Of a stretch of DNA of 64,000 nucleotides, positions 42,110 through 51,241 are shown piece after piece. Source of the stretch: an uncultured Candidatus Binatia bacterium (GTDB taxonomy: Bacteria > Desulfobacterota > Binatia > UBA9968 > CAXXLF01); the NCBI GenBank assembly GCA_965218425.1, contig OZ244621.1:2400001-2464000 (forward strand), in the 5' to 3' direction. The translations under genes and the position numbers were made by a program. The notes beneath the pieces are model-generated. The model searched no databases. It saw only the letters and a list, made by a program, of their open reading frames with translations, and was not told the origin of the DNA. Each line of letters starts with the position of its first letter. Within the stretch, counting starts at the first letter, position 1.

Positions 42110-43210
42110 ATGGAAACCGATGTCGACACTTTCGTTATCGATGCGGACGCCCATGTGGTGGAGTCTTCCCACACTTGGGACTTTATGGACCCGTCGGAGA
42201 GGCAGTATCGCCCCGTACCCCTCGAAACCCGGGAAGAGGCCGGGATGAAGCTTCAGTTCTGGCTAATCGATGGGAGGGTGAGGGGCTTCCGCTTCCCTGC
42301 TTTTTCTGCCGCCGAGTTGGAGAAACGTTCCCGCCAGGTGGGTCGCAGGTTCGCAGACGACCAGGAATCCCGTGAGCTGGGAAACGTGGAGCTGCGATTG
42401 GAGCACATGGACCAGAGCGGGGTCAACGTCCAAGTGCTGCACAACACCATCTTCATCGAATCGGCCACCGAACGCGCTTCGGTGGAGGTGCCGTTATGCA
42501 AGAGCTGGAACCGCTGGATGGCCGACATCTGGCGCCAGGGAAACGGTCGTTTGCGATGGTCCTGTATGGCGCCAACGCTCAGCATGAGCGATGCACTGGA
42601 TCAGATCCGCTTTGCCAAGAAAAACGGAGCATGTGCCGTATTGATGCGTCCCGTTGAGGGGAACCGTTTACTTGTGGACACTTACTTCTACCCGATTTAT
42701 GAAGAGGCCAGCCGTCTCGATATGGCCATCGCTATCCACATCGCCAATGGCAACGCGTGGCTCAACGATCTATATCGTCATCCTGTGGCCAGTGCCGCCA
42801 CATTCCACCGGTTCAGAATACCCACGGTGGCTGCCTTTAGCGACGTGATGCTCAGCGAAATACCCGAAGTCTTTCCACGACTGCGGTGGGGGTTTATTGA
42901 AGCCAGTTCGCAGTGGGTTCCCTGGCTGATACACGAAATGAAGAATCGCTTTAAAACTTTGGGCCGCCAATGGTCCGGCAACCTCGCACGCCAATACAGG
43001 ATGTTCATCACCTGTGAAAACTCAGACGACGTGCCCTATATCGCGCGGCAAGCCGGGGAAGACTGCCTTGTCATTGGTACGGACTATGGCCACATCGACA
43101 CATCGAGCGACGTGGATGCCATCACCGTGTTCAAATCGCGGACGGACTTGACGCCCGAGGTAAAGAGGAAAATCCTAAGCGACAATGCGAGAGCGCTCTA
43201 CGGTTTGTAA
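42110..43210 (+). CDS. Amidohydrolase_2 family metal-dependent hydrolase/decarboxylase
   Basis: IDADAHVVE, FYPIYEEA, AIHIAN, GTDYGH, ILSDNARALYGL. Confidence 0.9.
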   Translation: METDVDTFVIDADAHVVESSHTWDFMDPSERQYRPVPLETREEAGMKLQFWLIDGRVRGFRFPAFSAAELEKRSRQVGRRFADDQESRELGNVELRLEHMDQSGVNVQVLHNTIFIESATERASVEVPLCKSWNRWMADIWRQGNGRLRWSCMAPTLSMSDALDQIRFAKKNGACAVLMRPVEGNRLLVDTYFYPIYEEASRLDMAIAIHIANGNAWLNDLYRHPVASAATFHRFRIPTVAAFSDVMLSEIPEVFPRLRWGFIEASSQWVPWLIHEMKNRFKTLGRQWSGNLARQYRMFITCENSDDVPYIARQAGEDCLVIGTDYGHIDTSSDVDAITVFKSRTDLTPEVKRKILSDNARALYGL

Positions 43211-43211
43211 A

Positions 43212-44060
43212 ATGGCGATGCAAGCTGAATGGATCGAAAAGATCGAGGATATGACCGCTCGTTTCCGGATGGGCGAGGCGGAGGTTGCCCGTGCGTTCTT
43301 CAGTCGCCCGCGCCCTCTCAGCCAGCATGTGAAGTGGTTAAAGCATCAGATCTCGCGGGAGGCGCGAAACCTGCGGGAGACATCAAGCCATTATATCAAG
43401 GACCTGGTTGACCGCACGGATGACACGGTGACCCGTGAACGGCTCATCCAGCGCGCCAAGGAGGACTATCAGGAGTACCGTCACTACGGGATGCTGGCGT
43501 ATGTTTACGAAGGCCTCACTGGCCACAAGCTCGCTTGGAAATCACTGTTGGAAGAAGCGCAGCAGGCTGACTGGTGGCTCCCCAGAAGAGAACGGGAGAT
43601 ACGGCGTCGATTGGCCGAAACCTCTGTGTTGCACAACGCAGCGGGCGCCTTTAACAGCGGAGGAGGAGGTTCTCTGTTCTACGGCTTCATCGGCCTCACG
43701 GGGGGCGATTACGAAGAACTCCTCTCCGAAGTTTCCAAGATTGTCCTCCACGATGAACAGGATCACGGCGCTTCCGAGGGAAGAGACCTTTTGTATCCAC
43801 TGATACAAACCGAAAACGATTTTCACATCGCAGTTGAAGCGATCAAAGAGTTCTCAACGGTCCGGCTCCAGGACCGTAACCAGCAGTTCAGCAATGTCCT
43901 TTCAGAGAATCGTGTGGTGGCCGTCATTCAGGGTGATATTGAACCGGCAACAAGAGCTCTTTTGCTGGATGCATCTCGGGAAATTATGAGCGACGAAGCC
44001 TGGTTCGAGCGCTTCCACCAAACCAGCAAGCCCCTCTCTACCTCCGCTGTGGACGGTTAA
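43212..44060 (+). CDS. Hypothetical all-alpha protein, putative ferritin-like dimetal protein
   Basis: Two ExxH motifs (QEYRH, DEQDH); starts 1 nt after the amidohydrolase stop. Confidence 0.65.
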   Translation: MAMQAEWIEKIEDMTARFRMGEAEVARAFFSRPRPLSQHVKWLKHQISREARNLRETSSHYIKDLVDRTDDTVTRERLIQRAKEDYQEYRHYGMLAYVYEGLTGHKLAWKSLLEEAQQADWWLPRREREIRRRLAETSVLHNAAGAFNSGGGGSLFYGFIGLTGGDYEELLSEVSKIVLHDEQDHGASEGRDLLYPLIQTENDFHIAVEAIKEFSTVRLQDRNQQFSNVLSENRVVAVIQGDIEPATRALLLDASREIMSDEAWFERFHQTSKPLSTSAVDG

Positions 44061-44218
44061 CCGAAATCCATGGGTTGATTGGTTTTGTCCTGGAGCCGTT
44101 GACGAGCCTCTGTGCTATGATATTCAAATCAGTTCAAGAATTGACCCGATATCAAGTGGGGGACCATCGAACCGAGGTGTAACCTACGTTCAAGATTACA
44201 AATCAGGAGAGCATCACC

Positions 44219-44992
44219 GTGGCAGAAACAACCAACGGACACGGGAATGGTGGTGAGGAAGAAACAGTGACCGAATTCACGGACGGGGAACGCATCGTAT
44301 CGCTGCATGCCGGATACGAGACCAACGGTGTCTACTCGGACGGGTTCGTGGCCCGCCCGGCGGATGGGCCGCCACGGCCAGGCGTGGTACTGCTGTCCGG
44401 CATGGGTGGCCTAACTTGGACCCAGCGGGAGATCACACGCTTGTTTGCACGGGCCGGGTTTGTAGCGCTTTCGCCAGACTACATGGGCGGCCAGTTGCCG
44501 GCCAACAGAGTCAAGGGACTCTACGCGAAAAACTCGCTGGATGTAAAAGCGGCGGTGGAACAAATCGCCGGCGGCGCGGCGTTCCTGCGCAGCCTGCCTT
44601 CGGTGGGAGCCGGGGGCAAGGTTGGGATTATGGGGTTTTGCCTCGGCGGCGGTTTGGCCCTGCTGGCCGCTGGCCGTACCGATGCCTTCCAGGCCGGCGT
44701 CATCTACCACCAGAGCCTCTTCCCGGATATGCGTGAGCTGGAGGCGATTACTTGCAAGCTTCAATGTCACTATGGTACGCAGGACCACTCGACCCCACGC
44801 GCCGAGGTGGAGGCTTTTACCCAGGCGCTGAACCGTTTCGGCAAGGCCTACGAGTTACACTGGTATGAAGGAATGGGACATAGCTTTGCCCAGATCACCC
44901 CAGACGCTGAGGTGCCTGGCGCGCAGCGTGCTGCCACCAACCTGTCCTATACGCGGAGTTTCAAGTTCCTCCATGGAGAATTAGGCGGTTGA
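44219..44992 (+). CDS. Dienelactone hydrolase family protein
   Basis: GFCLGG nucleophile, YGTQD, GHSF. Confidence 0.9.
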   Translation: MAETTNGHGNGGEEETVTEFTDGERIVSLHAGYETNGVYSDGFVARPADGPPRPGVVLLSGMGGLTWTQREITRLFARAGFVALSPDYMGGQLPANRVKGLYAKNSLDVKAAVEQIAGGAAFLRSLPSVGAGGKVGIMGFCLGGGLALLAAGRTDAFQAGVIYHQSLFPDMRELEAITCKLQCHYGTQDHSTPRAEVEAFTQALNRFGKAYELHWYEGMGHSFAQITPDAEVPGAQRAATNLSYTRSFKFLHGELGG

Positions 44993-45084
44993 GGAATTGC
45001 CTGAGGTTTTGTGGCAGCCGAGCATGGTGATCACGTAAGCAATAGGTATATGTGACAGAAAATCCCATTAGGGGAGGAATCCAA

Positions 45085-46188
45085 ATGGAGACGAAGGCTA
45101 TCTTGGCGCGACCGGCGGACCACTGCGGTATTTTGGAAATGTCGGAGGCGGTTAGGGCCATGTTGGAGGCATTTCGCAACTGGGCCAAGGATCCGCTCCT
45201 TGGGGAGTTGCGGCGAAGAACCCATACGCCCAAGAATGTCCGTATCACGCTTCATCAAGGAGGTACACCGGAATACGGGATGACGGGTATTATGGTCCAC
45301 GCAGAGTTGGTCCGGATCTTCGGCGATAAACAGCGCTATCCCCGCCGGGGCCGCCCCGTCTTGGTCCTCTATAATTCCGATAACGGAGCTCTGAAATTGA
45401 TTCTTATCGGAGAAATGCACCCCAAGGAATTGCCCTACGCCAATAGCGTTGTGGCGATGCCTACGGCTTGCGCCTCCATGATCGGGACCGATCTCCTCGC
45501 CAGAAAGGACTGCCAGGTGGCAGGGGTCTTCGGTGCGGGAGATCAGGCCAGACAGCATCTTTTGGCCCTAACATGTATCCGTCCTACGCTTAAAAAGGCC
45601 CGGGTCTTTAGCCCAACTCCAGCCAATCGGGAGAAATTTGCCAAGGAGATGTCGGAGATTCTCGGCATCGAAGTGGTACCGGTTGACGGGCCGCGGGGGG
45701 TAGTCCAGGGTTCCGATGTCATTTTGTGCGCGACCAACTCCAATGTGCCTGTGTTTGACGGGAACTGGTTGACTGCCGGTCAACACGTTACCTCCATTGT
45801 CTCAAGCAATGTGGGTCTCCTCAAGCGTGGCTACGTCAAGCAGATGCGCCGGGAAATTGACAACAAAACATTGGATCGTGCCGATGTGCTCATGACGAAC
45901 GTTTGGGGGCAAGAGGAGCTCGACCAGACGGCCGTATTCTGGGACATGTCCTTGGAAATCCCGGTTTTGGCCAACAAGATCGTCGATGCAGGACAGGTTA
46001 TTCGGGGCGATAAACAGGGACGTACCGGTGACGCTCAAATCACTTACTTTAAGAACTGTGCCTTTTGGGGAATGGGTGCGGCTGCCATCGGAGGCCTCAT
46101 CTATGACAGGCTTAAAGAACAACGCAAAGGCATCGTCCTAGATTTTGATCCTTTTGAATATTGCGACGAGACGTGGACGGAAAGTTAA
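45085..46188 (+). CDS. Ornithine cyclodeaminase/mu-crystallin family protein
   Basis: GVFGAGDQA, VFSPT, ATNSNVPVFDGNWL, ITYFKN; RBS ggagg. Confidence 0.85.
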   Translation: METKAILARPADHCGILEMSEAVRAMLEAFRNWAKDPLLGELRRRTHTPKNVRITLHQGGTPEYGMTGIMVHAELVRIFGDKQRYPRRGRPVLVLYNSDNGALKLILIGEMHPKELPYANSVVAMPTACASMIGTDLLARKDCQVAGVFGAGDQARQHLLALTCIRPTLKKARVFSPTPANREKFAKEMSEILGIEVVPVDGPRGVVQGSDVILCATNSNVPVFDGNWLTAGQHVTSIVSSNVGLLKRGYVKQMRREIDNKTLDRADVLMTNVWGQEELDQTAVFWDMSLEIPVLANKIVDAGQVIRGDKQGRTGDAQITYFKNCAFWGMGAAAIGGLIYDRLKEQRKGIVLDFDPFEYCDETWTES

Positions 46189-46398
46189 TGCAATGGATAG
46201 GTCTTACAATTGCGTTTCCCACAGGGGGTTTTACACGCCCTCCCAGGAGCTTCACAAGAGGACTTCTTTTTTAGCGAATTTTTTCTTGACTGTCTGTAAC
46301 CAGATCTCGTACTAATATCCTTCTTTATTGCTCCTTTGCTCAGTTCAATAAGATCCTGCACCTCTTGAATCTAATTTTATAAGGCAAAGGGGTCAATC

Positions 46399-46461
46399 AT
46401 GCGGCAGTTAATCCTCTTATCAACCCTAGGGATTGTTTTTGCTGTGGCCACAGGCTGTTGA
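46399..46461 (+). pseudogene. Possible lipoprotein gene remnant (signal peptide only)
   Basis: MRQLILLSTLGIVFAVATGC then TGA; RBS-like aaagggg upstream. Confidence 0.4.
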
Positions 46462-46827
46462 CGATCTAAAAAGCAATCTGGGCTTATTTGCCGAGCATTC
46501 CAGCGGTTAAGAATCAGGTGCCTTTTCCGGTGCCGCCACAGGGTAAGAGATAGAGCATTTGAGTTCCATGGAATATTCCAATCGGCTGCCAGCTACGCAA
46601 GATTTTTGTGAATCGCATCCTGGAGGTTTGATGCCGAGCAAAGCCGAGCTTAAGGCGACTTGAAGCCAGGCGGAGACCTACCTTGGACAATTTCCCCTTT
46701 AAGATTCAATACCAGGAGGCTATTGCCTCCGTCTGAGTTCTAGGGCTACTCGAAAGGCAAGGCGGTCCACTAGCTCCTCGGGAGAGTTTGTTCCTTATCT
46801 GGCTTAGGTTTTTGGTCAAAGGTCTTC

Positions 46828-46856
46828 TTCAAATTCCCTGAAAAACCGGCTATAAT
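46828..46856 (+). promoter_or_regulatory. Putative sigma70 promoter of the FAD oxidoreductase
   Basis: TTCAAA-17 nt-TATAAT about 50 nt before the start. Confidence 0.55.
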
Positions 46857-46907
46857 ATTGAATAGTGCAAACCATAAAAATCTTCCAAGAAAGGTAGTAG
46901 ATTGTTG

Positions 46908-48407
46908 ATGGCAGACTCCAAGGCAAGTGAGCATTTAGTGATATTGGTCGGGGCCGGGCCGGCTGGGATCTACGCGTCGCGCAAGCTCCTGGAGGCCGGA
47001 CACACGGTACTCTTGCTCAACCGGGACATCAAACCTGGGGGTCTCGCTGAATACGGGATCTTTCTTAACAAGTACAAAATGAAAGATGGCTTACGCAAGC
47101 AGTTTAAGAAAATCTTCGCAAACCCCAAATTGCATTACTTTGGGCATGTCAGTGTTGGTGAGGGCAAGGTGGTCGATCTCAATACGTTGCAAGAGTTGAT
47201 GCCAGGGGCCATCGTAATTGCCGCAGGCGCCCAGGGAACGAAGAAGCTGGGAATTCCGGGCGAGGACTTTATCGGAGTCTACCATGCCAAGGATGTGGTG
47301 TACCATTACAACAGCCTGCCGCCATTCAGCCAACAGAAATTCGAAATCGGAAATAAGGTTGCCATCATCGGCATGGGAAACGTGATGGTTGATATCGCCC
47401 ACTGGCTCCTGCGCTTCATGAATGTGGGTGAGGTGCTCGTGGTGGCGCGCCGCGGCCCGCTGGATAAGGCCTATGATGACAAGGAGTTCGAGTACATACA
47501 GCCATTCCTAGATTTAGAGGATATGCAAAAGGAGTTGGACCGAATCGAGCCAAAACTCACGGCCGTTGGTCAGAACACGAAAGAGTTCTTGAAAAGATTG
47601 ATCGAAGGCAAAGAACAAGCACCATCGAACCAACGCCTCAAGTTCCGCTACCTTTGCTCGCCCCGTCAGGTACTCGCTAACTCGGAAGGCAAGGTGGCCG
47701 CACTGGAGGTGGAGGAGAACGAACTGGTTCTAAAGGATGGACGAACCAGCCCCAAAGGTACGGAAAAATCCCTTCAATTAGAGGTGGACAACGTGATCTA
47801 CGCCATTGGCGATCAGGTAGACCCGGGCATCGGAATCCCCAGCACCGGTGGTTATTTCGTTACCAACCCGGAAGAGTTACCCGGCACCCCAAACCCTGCC
47901 CAATACCAGGCCTATGATCCGGAAAAGAAATCCATTTGTCCGGGAATCTTTTTGATCGGGTGGTCGCGCAACGCAAGCGTTGGATTGGTCGGTGTTGCGA
48001 AGCAGGATGCGGAGCGGGGAGCTAAGGTGATCAATGAATATTTAACTACCAATGGGAGCCCCGAGCATAATGAAATCGTACAAAAGGTTATCCAGCCGCG
48101 AAAAGATGCGGAGAGAGGGGCTAGAATAATCGATGCCTATTTGAGTGCCGGCGCGAGTCTATCATCGGTTGAGGTTTCAAAAAAAGTAGACATGTTTAAG
48201 AAACTTTTGAAAAACCGGGGAGTATCGTACATTTCCAAGAAGGACCTGGAACGAATCGAGGCGGCGGAGAAGGAGGAAGCCAATGAACGCAAGGTCGTGG
48301 AATATCACTTCCCTAGTGACGATGAGATGCTAGCGATTGTAGCTGGTGATGCAGCGGGCGGATCTAAAGCCGTGGGAGTGGCCAACGTCCCAGTAGGGAA
48401 AAACTGA
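46908..48407 (+). CDS. FAD-dependent oxidoreductase, ferredoxin-NADP+ reductase (FprA/adrenodoxin-reductase-like)
   Basis: VGAGPAG, PGGLAEYGI, IIGMGNVMVD, VARRGP, IGWSR. Confidence 0.85.
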   Translation: MADSKASEHLVILVGAGPAGIYASRKLLEAGHTVLLLNRDIKPGGLAEYGIFLNKYKMKDGLRKQFKKIFANPKLHYFGHVSVGEGKVVDLNTLQELMPGAIVIAAGAQGTKKLGIPGEDFIGVYHAKDVVYHYNSLPPFSQQKFEIGNKVAIIGMGNVMVDIAHWLLRFMNVGEVLVVARRGPLDKAYDDKEFEYIQPFLDLEDMQKELDRIEPKLTAVGQNTKEFLKRLIEGKEQAPSNQRLKFRYLCSPRQVLANSEGKVAALEVEENELVLKDGRTSPKGTEKSLQLEVDNVIYAIGDQVDPGIGIPSTGGYFVTNPEELPGTPNPAQYQAYDPEKKSICPGIFLIGWSRNASVGLVGVAKQDAERGAKVINEYLTTNGSPEHNEIVQKVIQPRKDAERGARIIDAYLSAGASLSSVEVSKKVDMFKKLLKNRGVSYISKKDLERIEAAEKEEANERKVVEYHFPSDDEMLAIVAGDAAGGSKAVGVANVPVGKN

Positions 48408-48411
48408 CTCT

Positions 48412-48639
48412 TCAGCGCTTTTCAAGGATGATGTCCCACACCCCAGCACCTGCTTCTCGGACTTCAAGGATCTGATGGCCGACTCTCCCGGCTCAACGGG
48501 AGATGGTTTCCAGGGCCATAGGTGAATCGAGGGTCACTTTGAGTTGATCTCTTGGGCTTAAATCCTCTGCCGCCTTCATGGTCAAGGTCAGCGGGTCAAG
48601 GCAAATTCCCCCACATACGTCTAGACTTTTAAGCGCCAT
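48412..48639 (-). pseudogene. TusA/YeeD-family sulfur carrier with internal stop
   Basis: MALKSLDVCGGICLDPL...ETISR*AGRVGHQILEV...VWDIILEKR; TGA at 48493-48495 where the family usually has Trp; CPxP changed to CLDP. Confidence 0.8.
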
Positions 48640-48694
48640 TCCAGGACCCCCACCTTGCAATTCGTCAAATATAAAAAAGGCAATGCTGTCAGGG

Positions 48695-49087
48695 TCAACT
48701 GCGCATAGAAATTAAATATGTCCCGCTCCAGATCCCAAGGATTAAGAAAACAGTTGCCACAAGACCGGTCAAGCTCATTGTGCCGAGACCAGTCAAACTG
48801 TTACCGATATTACAACCCATTGCGATCGCTGCCCCGATACCCATCACGGCCCCGCCAGAGGCCTGAAGCATAATTCTCTTTGGTTGGGGGGATCGCCATC
48901 GAAACTCATTGTTCCATGAGGCGGCGATAAAAGCCCCCGGGGGAATCCCAATCAATTGAAAGGTTCCTTAATCCAGGTAACGCGGGTCTGCGCTGATGAG
49001 ATGGAGCAGTACGGATGCCGAAGGGCCGGTCATGGTGAGCCCGTAGTGTCGGCCAGTTAAGGATGAGGCCCACTCTGAGATTGCGAT
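48695..49087 (-). pseudogene. YeeE/YedE sulfur-compound transporter, 3' fragment with internal stop
   Basis: WASSLTGRHYGLTMTGP...YLD*GTFQLIGIPPGAF...MGIGAAIAMGCNIG; TAA at 48968-48970; N-terminal part absent. Confidence 0.82.
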
Positions 49088-49157
49088 CTAATTCTTCACT
49101 TTCCATTCCCCCGGCTACTCCAATTTCCAATGATCCAAGGCGCAAAGCGCCTTCCAG

Positions 49158-49331
49158 GCCCCCGGCGCCCTGGATTCTACGGGCGACGAGGGGAATGAGG
49201 GGGAAGAGCGTGGGCACCGAACGTGCAACTTCAGATATTCACCGGCGTATTGCCGCGGCCGGAGGCTCGCTCCCCGATGAGCGTATAGGCTGGGCCCCCT
49301 TGGCGTGATTCAAGGGTCTGCGTGACGGGAG
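49158..49331. repeat. Dispersed repeat family 1, copy B
   Basis: Core 49183-49223 matches 12777-12817; ctcgctccccga and caagggtctg...cgggag blocks also shared. Confidence 0.8.
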
Positions 49332-49484
49332 GAAGCGTTAACCGGGACTTGAAGAGTCTCTGGGGTTATGGTTCTTTGGTGTAGGCTCCCTCTCTCATTC
49401 GTTCGGTGAGGTTGACTGAGAGTATCCATGTTACCCAAAAAGGTTTGTATTTCTGCCCCTACGGATCGGCCCTGGGTGGAGGCC

Positions 49485-49658
49485 CAGCTCCGGTCCGTCG
49501 ACCCGTCGCGCTTGATCCTGACTCCCCATAGCCTCGGCAACAGCCCAGCGGCGCGGGATGCCGGGCACCGGATGGCCGTTGACTCTTTACTGACGCTCCT
49601 GGCAGGGGAGCCACCATCGAGTGTACCGAACCCCGAAGCCATAACACGATGGGAGTAG
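49485..49658 (+). pseudogene. C-terminal fragment of a D-2-hydroxyacid dehydrogenase
   Basis: LILTPHSLG (catalytic His motif) ... LAGEPPSSVPNPEA; no upstream Rossmann domain. Confidence 0.65.
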
Positions 49659-49695
49659 AGATTCTCGCACCCAATCCCTTGATTTTCGGTGTTTT

Positions 49696-49887
49696 ATGAC
49701 CCTTTTGACCGCCCACAGAATCTTGATTACCGCTGCGGTGGTTTTCTTTTTTGGCTTCAGCCTGTGGGAGCTACAAAACTATACCCAATCGGGAGAGACC
49801 TGGGCCACCATCCGTGCCGGTATTTATCTAGCGGTTTCGGTGGGCTTTTGGCTCTACCTTCGGTCCTTAAAGAAGTGGCTCAAGTAA
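49696..49887 (+). CDS. Small two-TM membrane protein
   Basis: Two hydrophobic helices, basic C-terminus; closely packed with the HNH gene. Confidence 0.6.
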   Translation: MTLLTAHRILITAAVVFFFGFSLWELQNYTQSGETWATIRAGIYLAVSVGFWLYLRSLKKWLK

Positions 49888-49896
49888 TCATTCCTC

Positions 49897-50190
49897 ATGA
49901 CGCGAATGGATAACTCCGACTCCTCCCTCACCTCCGCCAGCCACGAGGAAATCCAACGTGAGCGAAAGAAAGCTCGATCATTGCGCTCCACCCAGTGGTG
50001 GAAACGGAAACGGTCCAAGGGAGTCTGCCACCACTGCGGGTCTAAGTTCCCGGCAAGGGAGCTCACCATGGATCATCTGGTTCCCATTGCCCGCGGCGGC
50101 AAGAGCGCTAAAGGAAACGTGGTGCCTAGCTGTAAGAAGTGCAACACCGAAAAAAAAGTCCACCTGCCATTCGATTGGAAATCCACCTGA
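49897..50190 (+). CDS. Small HNH endonuclease family protein
   Basis: CHHCG...TMDHLVPIARGG...NVVPSCKKCN. Confidence 0.92.
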   Translation: MTRMDNSDSSLTSASHEEIQRERKKARSLRSTQWWKRKRSKGVCHHCGSKFPARELTMDHLVPIARGGKSAKGNVVPSCKKCNTEKKVHLPFDWKST

Positions 50191-50214
50191 ATTGAACTAA
50201 CCGTCCGCTTTCTC

Positions 50215-50364
50215 ATGGCTTTAAAGATCTGGGTTGCCGTTAAGCCACAGGCCAAGAAGGAAGGGTTGGTCAAATCCCCAGACGGTAGTTTCATCGCCTC
50301 AGTGCGAGCACCCGCCCGGCAGGGGAAGGCCAATGAGGCGTTAATCGGCCTCGTGGCAAACTGA
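50215..50364 (+). pseudogene. DUF167/YggU family protein, truncated at 49 aa
   Basis: MALKIWVAVKPQAKK...VRAPARQGKANEALIGLVAN*; VKP and GKAN motifs present, C-terminal part missing. Confidence 0.7.
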
Positions 50365-50651
50365 TAACCCCTTTTTTTGTTTATTAAACTCGGATTCCAC
50401 GGAGTCTCCGCGAAAGGTTGATATGAAGATTGTAAAGGCTTCTGCAAACAAGCTGCATTGCTTTTCGCACCTCCTCGGCCTGGATAGGGCGAAGGACTTT
50501 CCTATGGTTAATGTCAGAATGGCCACCGATTGTAACGGGAGTATGACCGCAGTGTTAAGAAACGATTAACAAAGGGCGATGTGTGTATGGGCGGGCTTTG
50601 CGCAGCCAATCAAGGTGTTCCTATGCCGGCCGCCAAAAAATGGCTTGCCCC

Positions 50652-51203
50652 CTACATCTGGAGATCGTTGGCGCTAAAGCCGTTCTCAATTTTATGGCTG
50701 GGCTCTTTGCCGCCGGGTCGACTCTTCTCGGAGACATGGTGACGCAGGTGATCAGTCAGTTTTTGCTCCATGGGGGAATACATAATGGCGAGGGTGCGGA
50801 GCACGGTAAGGACTAAAGTCAAAAAGGCAAGGGCCGCCAGGTGCAACGGGGAGCTCTGATGTTGGTAGAGGCCTATCATGACTTCTCTTAGGATAAAGAC
50901 CAGTGTCGCATCCACGATAAAGGTGAGCCTCAGGCGGTGAACCCTGAAGTATTCCACCAGGCTCTTGAAAAGCTCGAGAATGATGAAAAACGTAAGCAGG
51001 TTGGTTACGATGAAGCCAAAGGCTTCTTTGAGATTGTCCCGGGCCAGAATCTCCCAGGACTCAAGGAAGAGCCGGGACAACCCGATGCCCAGAATAAGTA
51101 CTACGAAGATAATCAAGAGTTGAAAGAGTAGGTCCGTGACTCGGTTAAAAAATTTCAGAGTTTGGAAGTTGTTCCAATATTGTCTTAAGGATTTGGAATT
51201 CAT
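50652..51203 (-). CDS. PsiE-like membrane protein
   Basis: Four TMs, ILELFKSLVEY, IVDATLVFILRE. Confidence 0.8.
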   Translation of the reverse strand: MNSKSLRQYWNNFQTLKFFNRVTDLLFQLLIIFVVLILGIGLSRLFLESWEILARDNLKEAFGFIVTNLLTFFIILELFKSLVEYFRVHRLRLTFIVDATLVFILREVMIGLYQHQSSPLHLAALAFLTLVLTVLRTLAIMYSPMEQKLTDHLRHHVSEKSRPGGKEPSHKIENGFSANDLQM

Positions 51204-51241
51204 GGGCCGTGTTCCTGTCCACTTAAGTTGGAAGCCTGCTT

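Noticed and set aside
48493..48495. In-frame TGA in the tusA-like frame as selenocysteine or TGA=Trp recoding
   Set aside because: It falls at a Trp position, not a Cys position; many intact genes here end in TGA; the neighbouring yeeE is also broken, by TAA
48906..49642. ORFs 48906..49217, 49063..49308 and 49310..49642 as real genes
   Set aside because: They run across the yeeE remnant, the repeat and the dehydrogenase fragment in other frames and show no recognisable protein motifs
49897..50190. HNH gene as part of a defence system or homing element
   Set aside because: No ATPase, methylase, intron or intein context; small stand-alone HNH proteins of this kind are common
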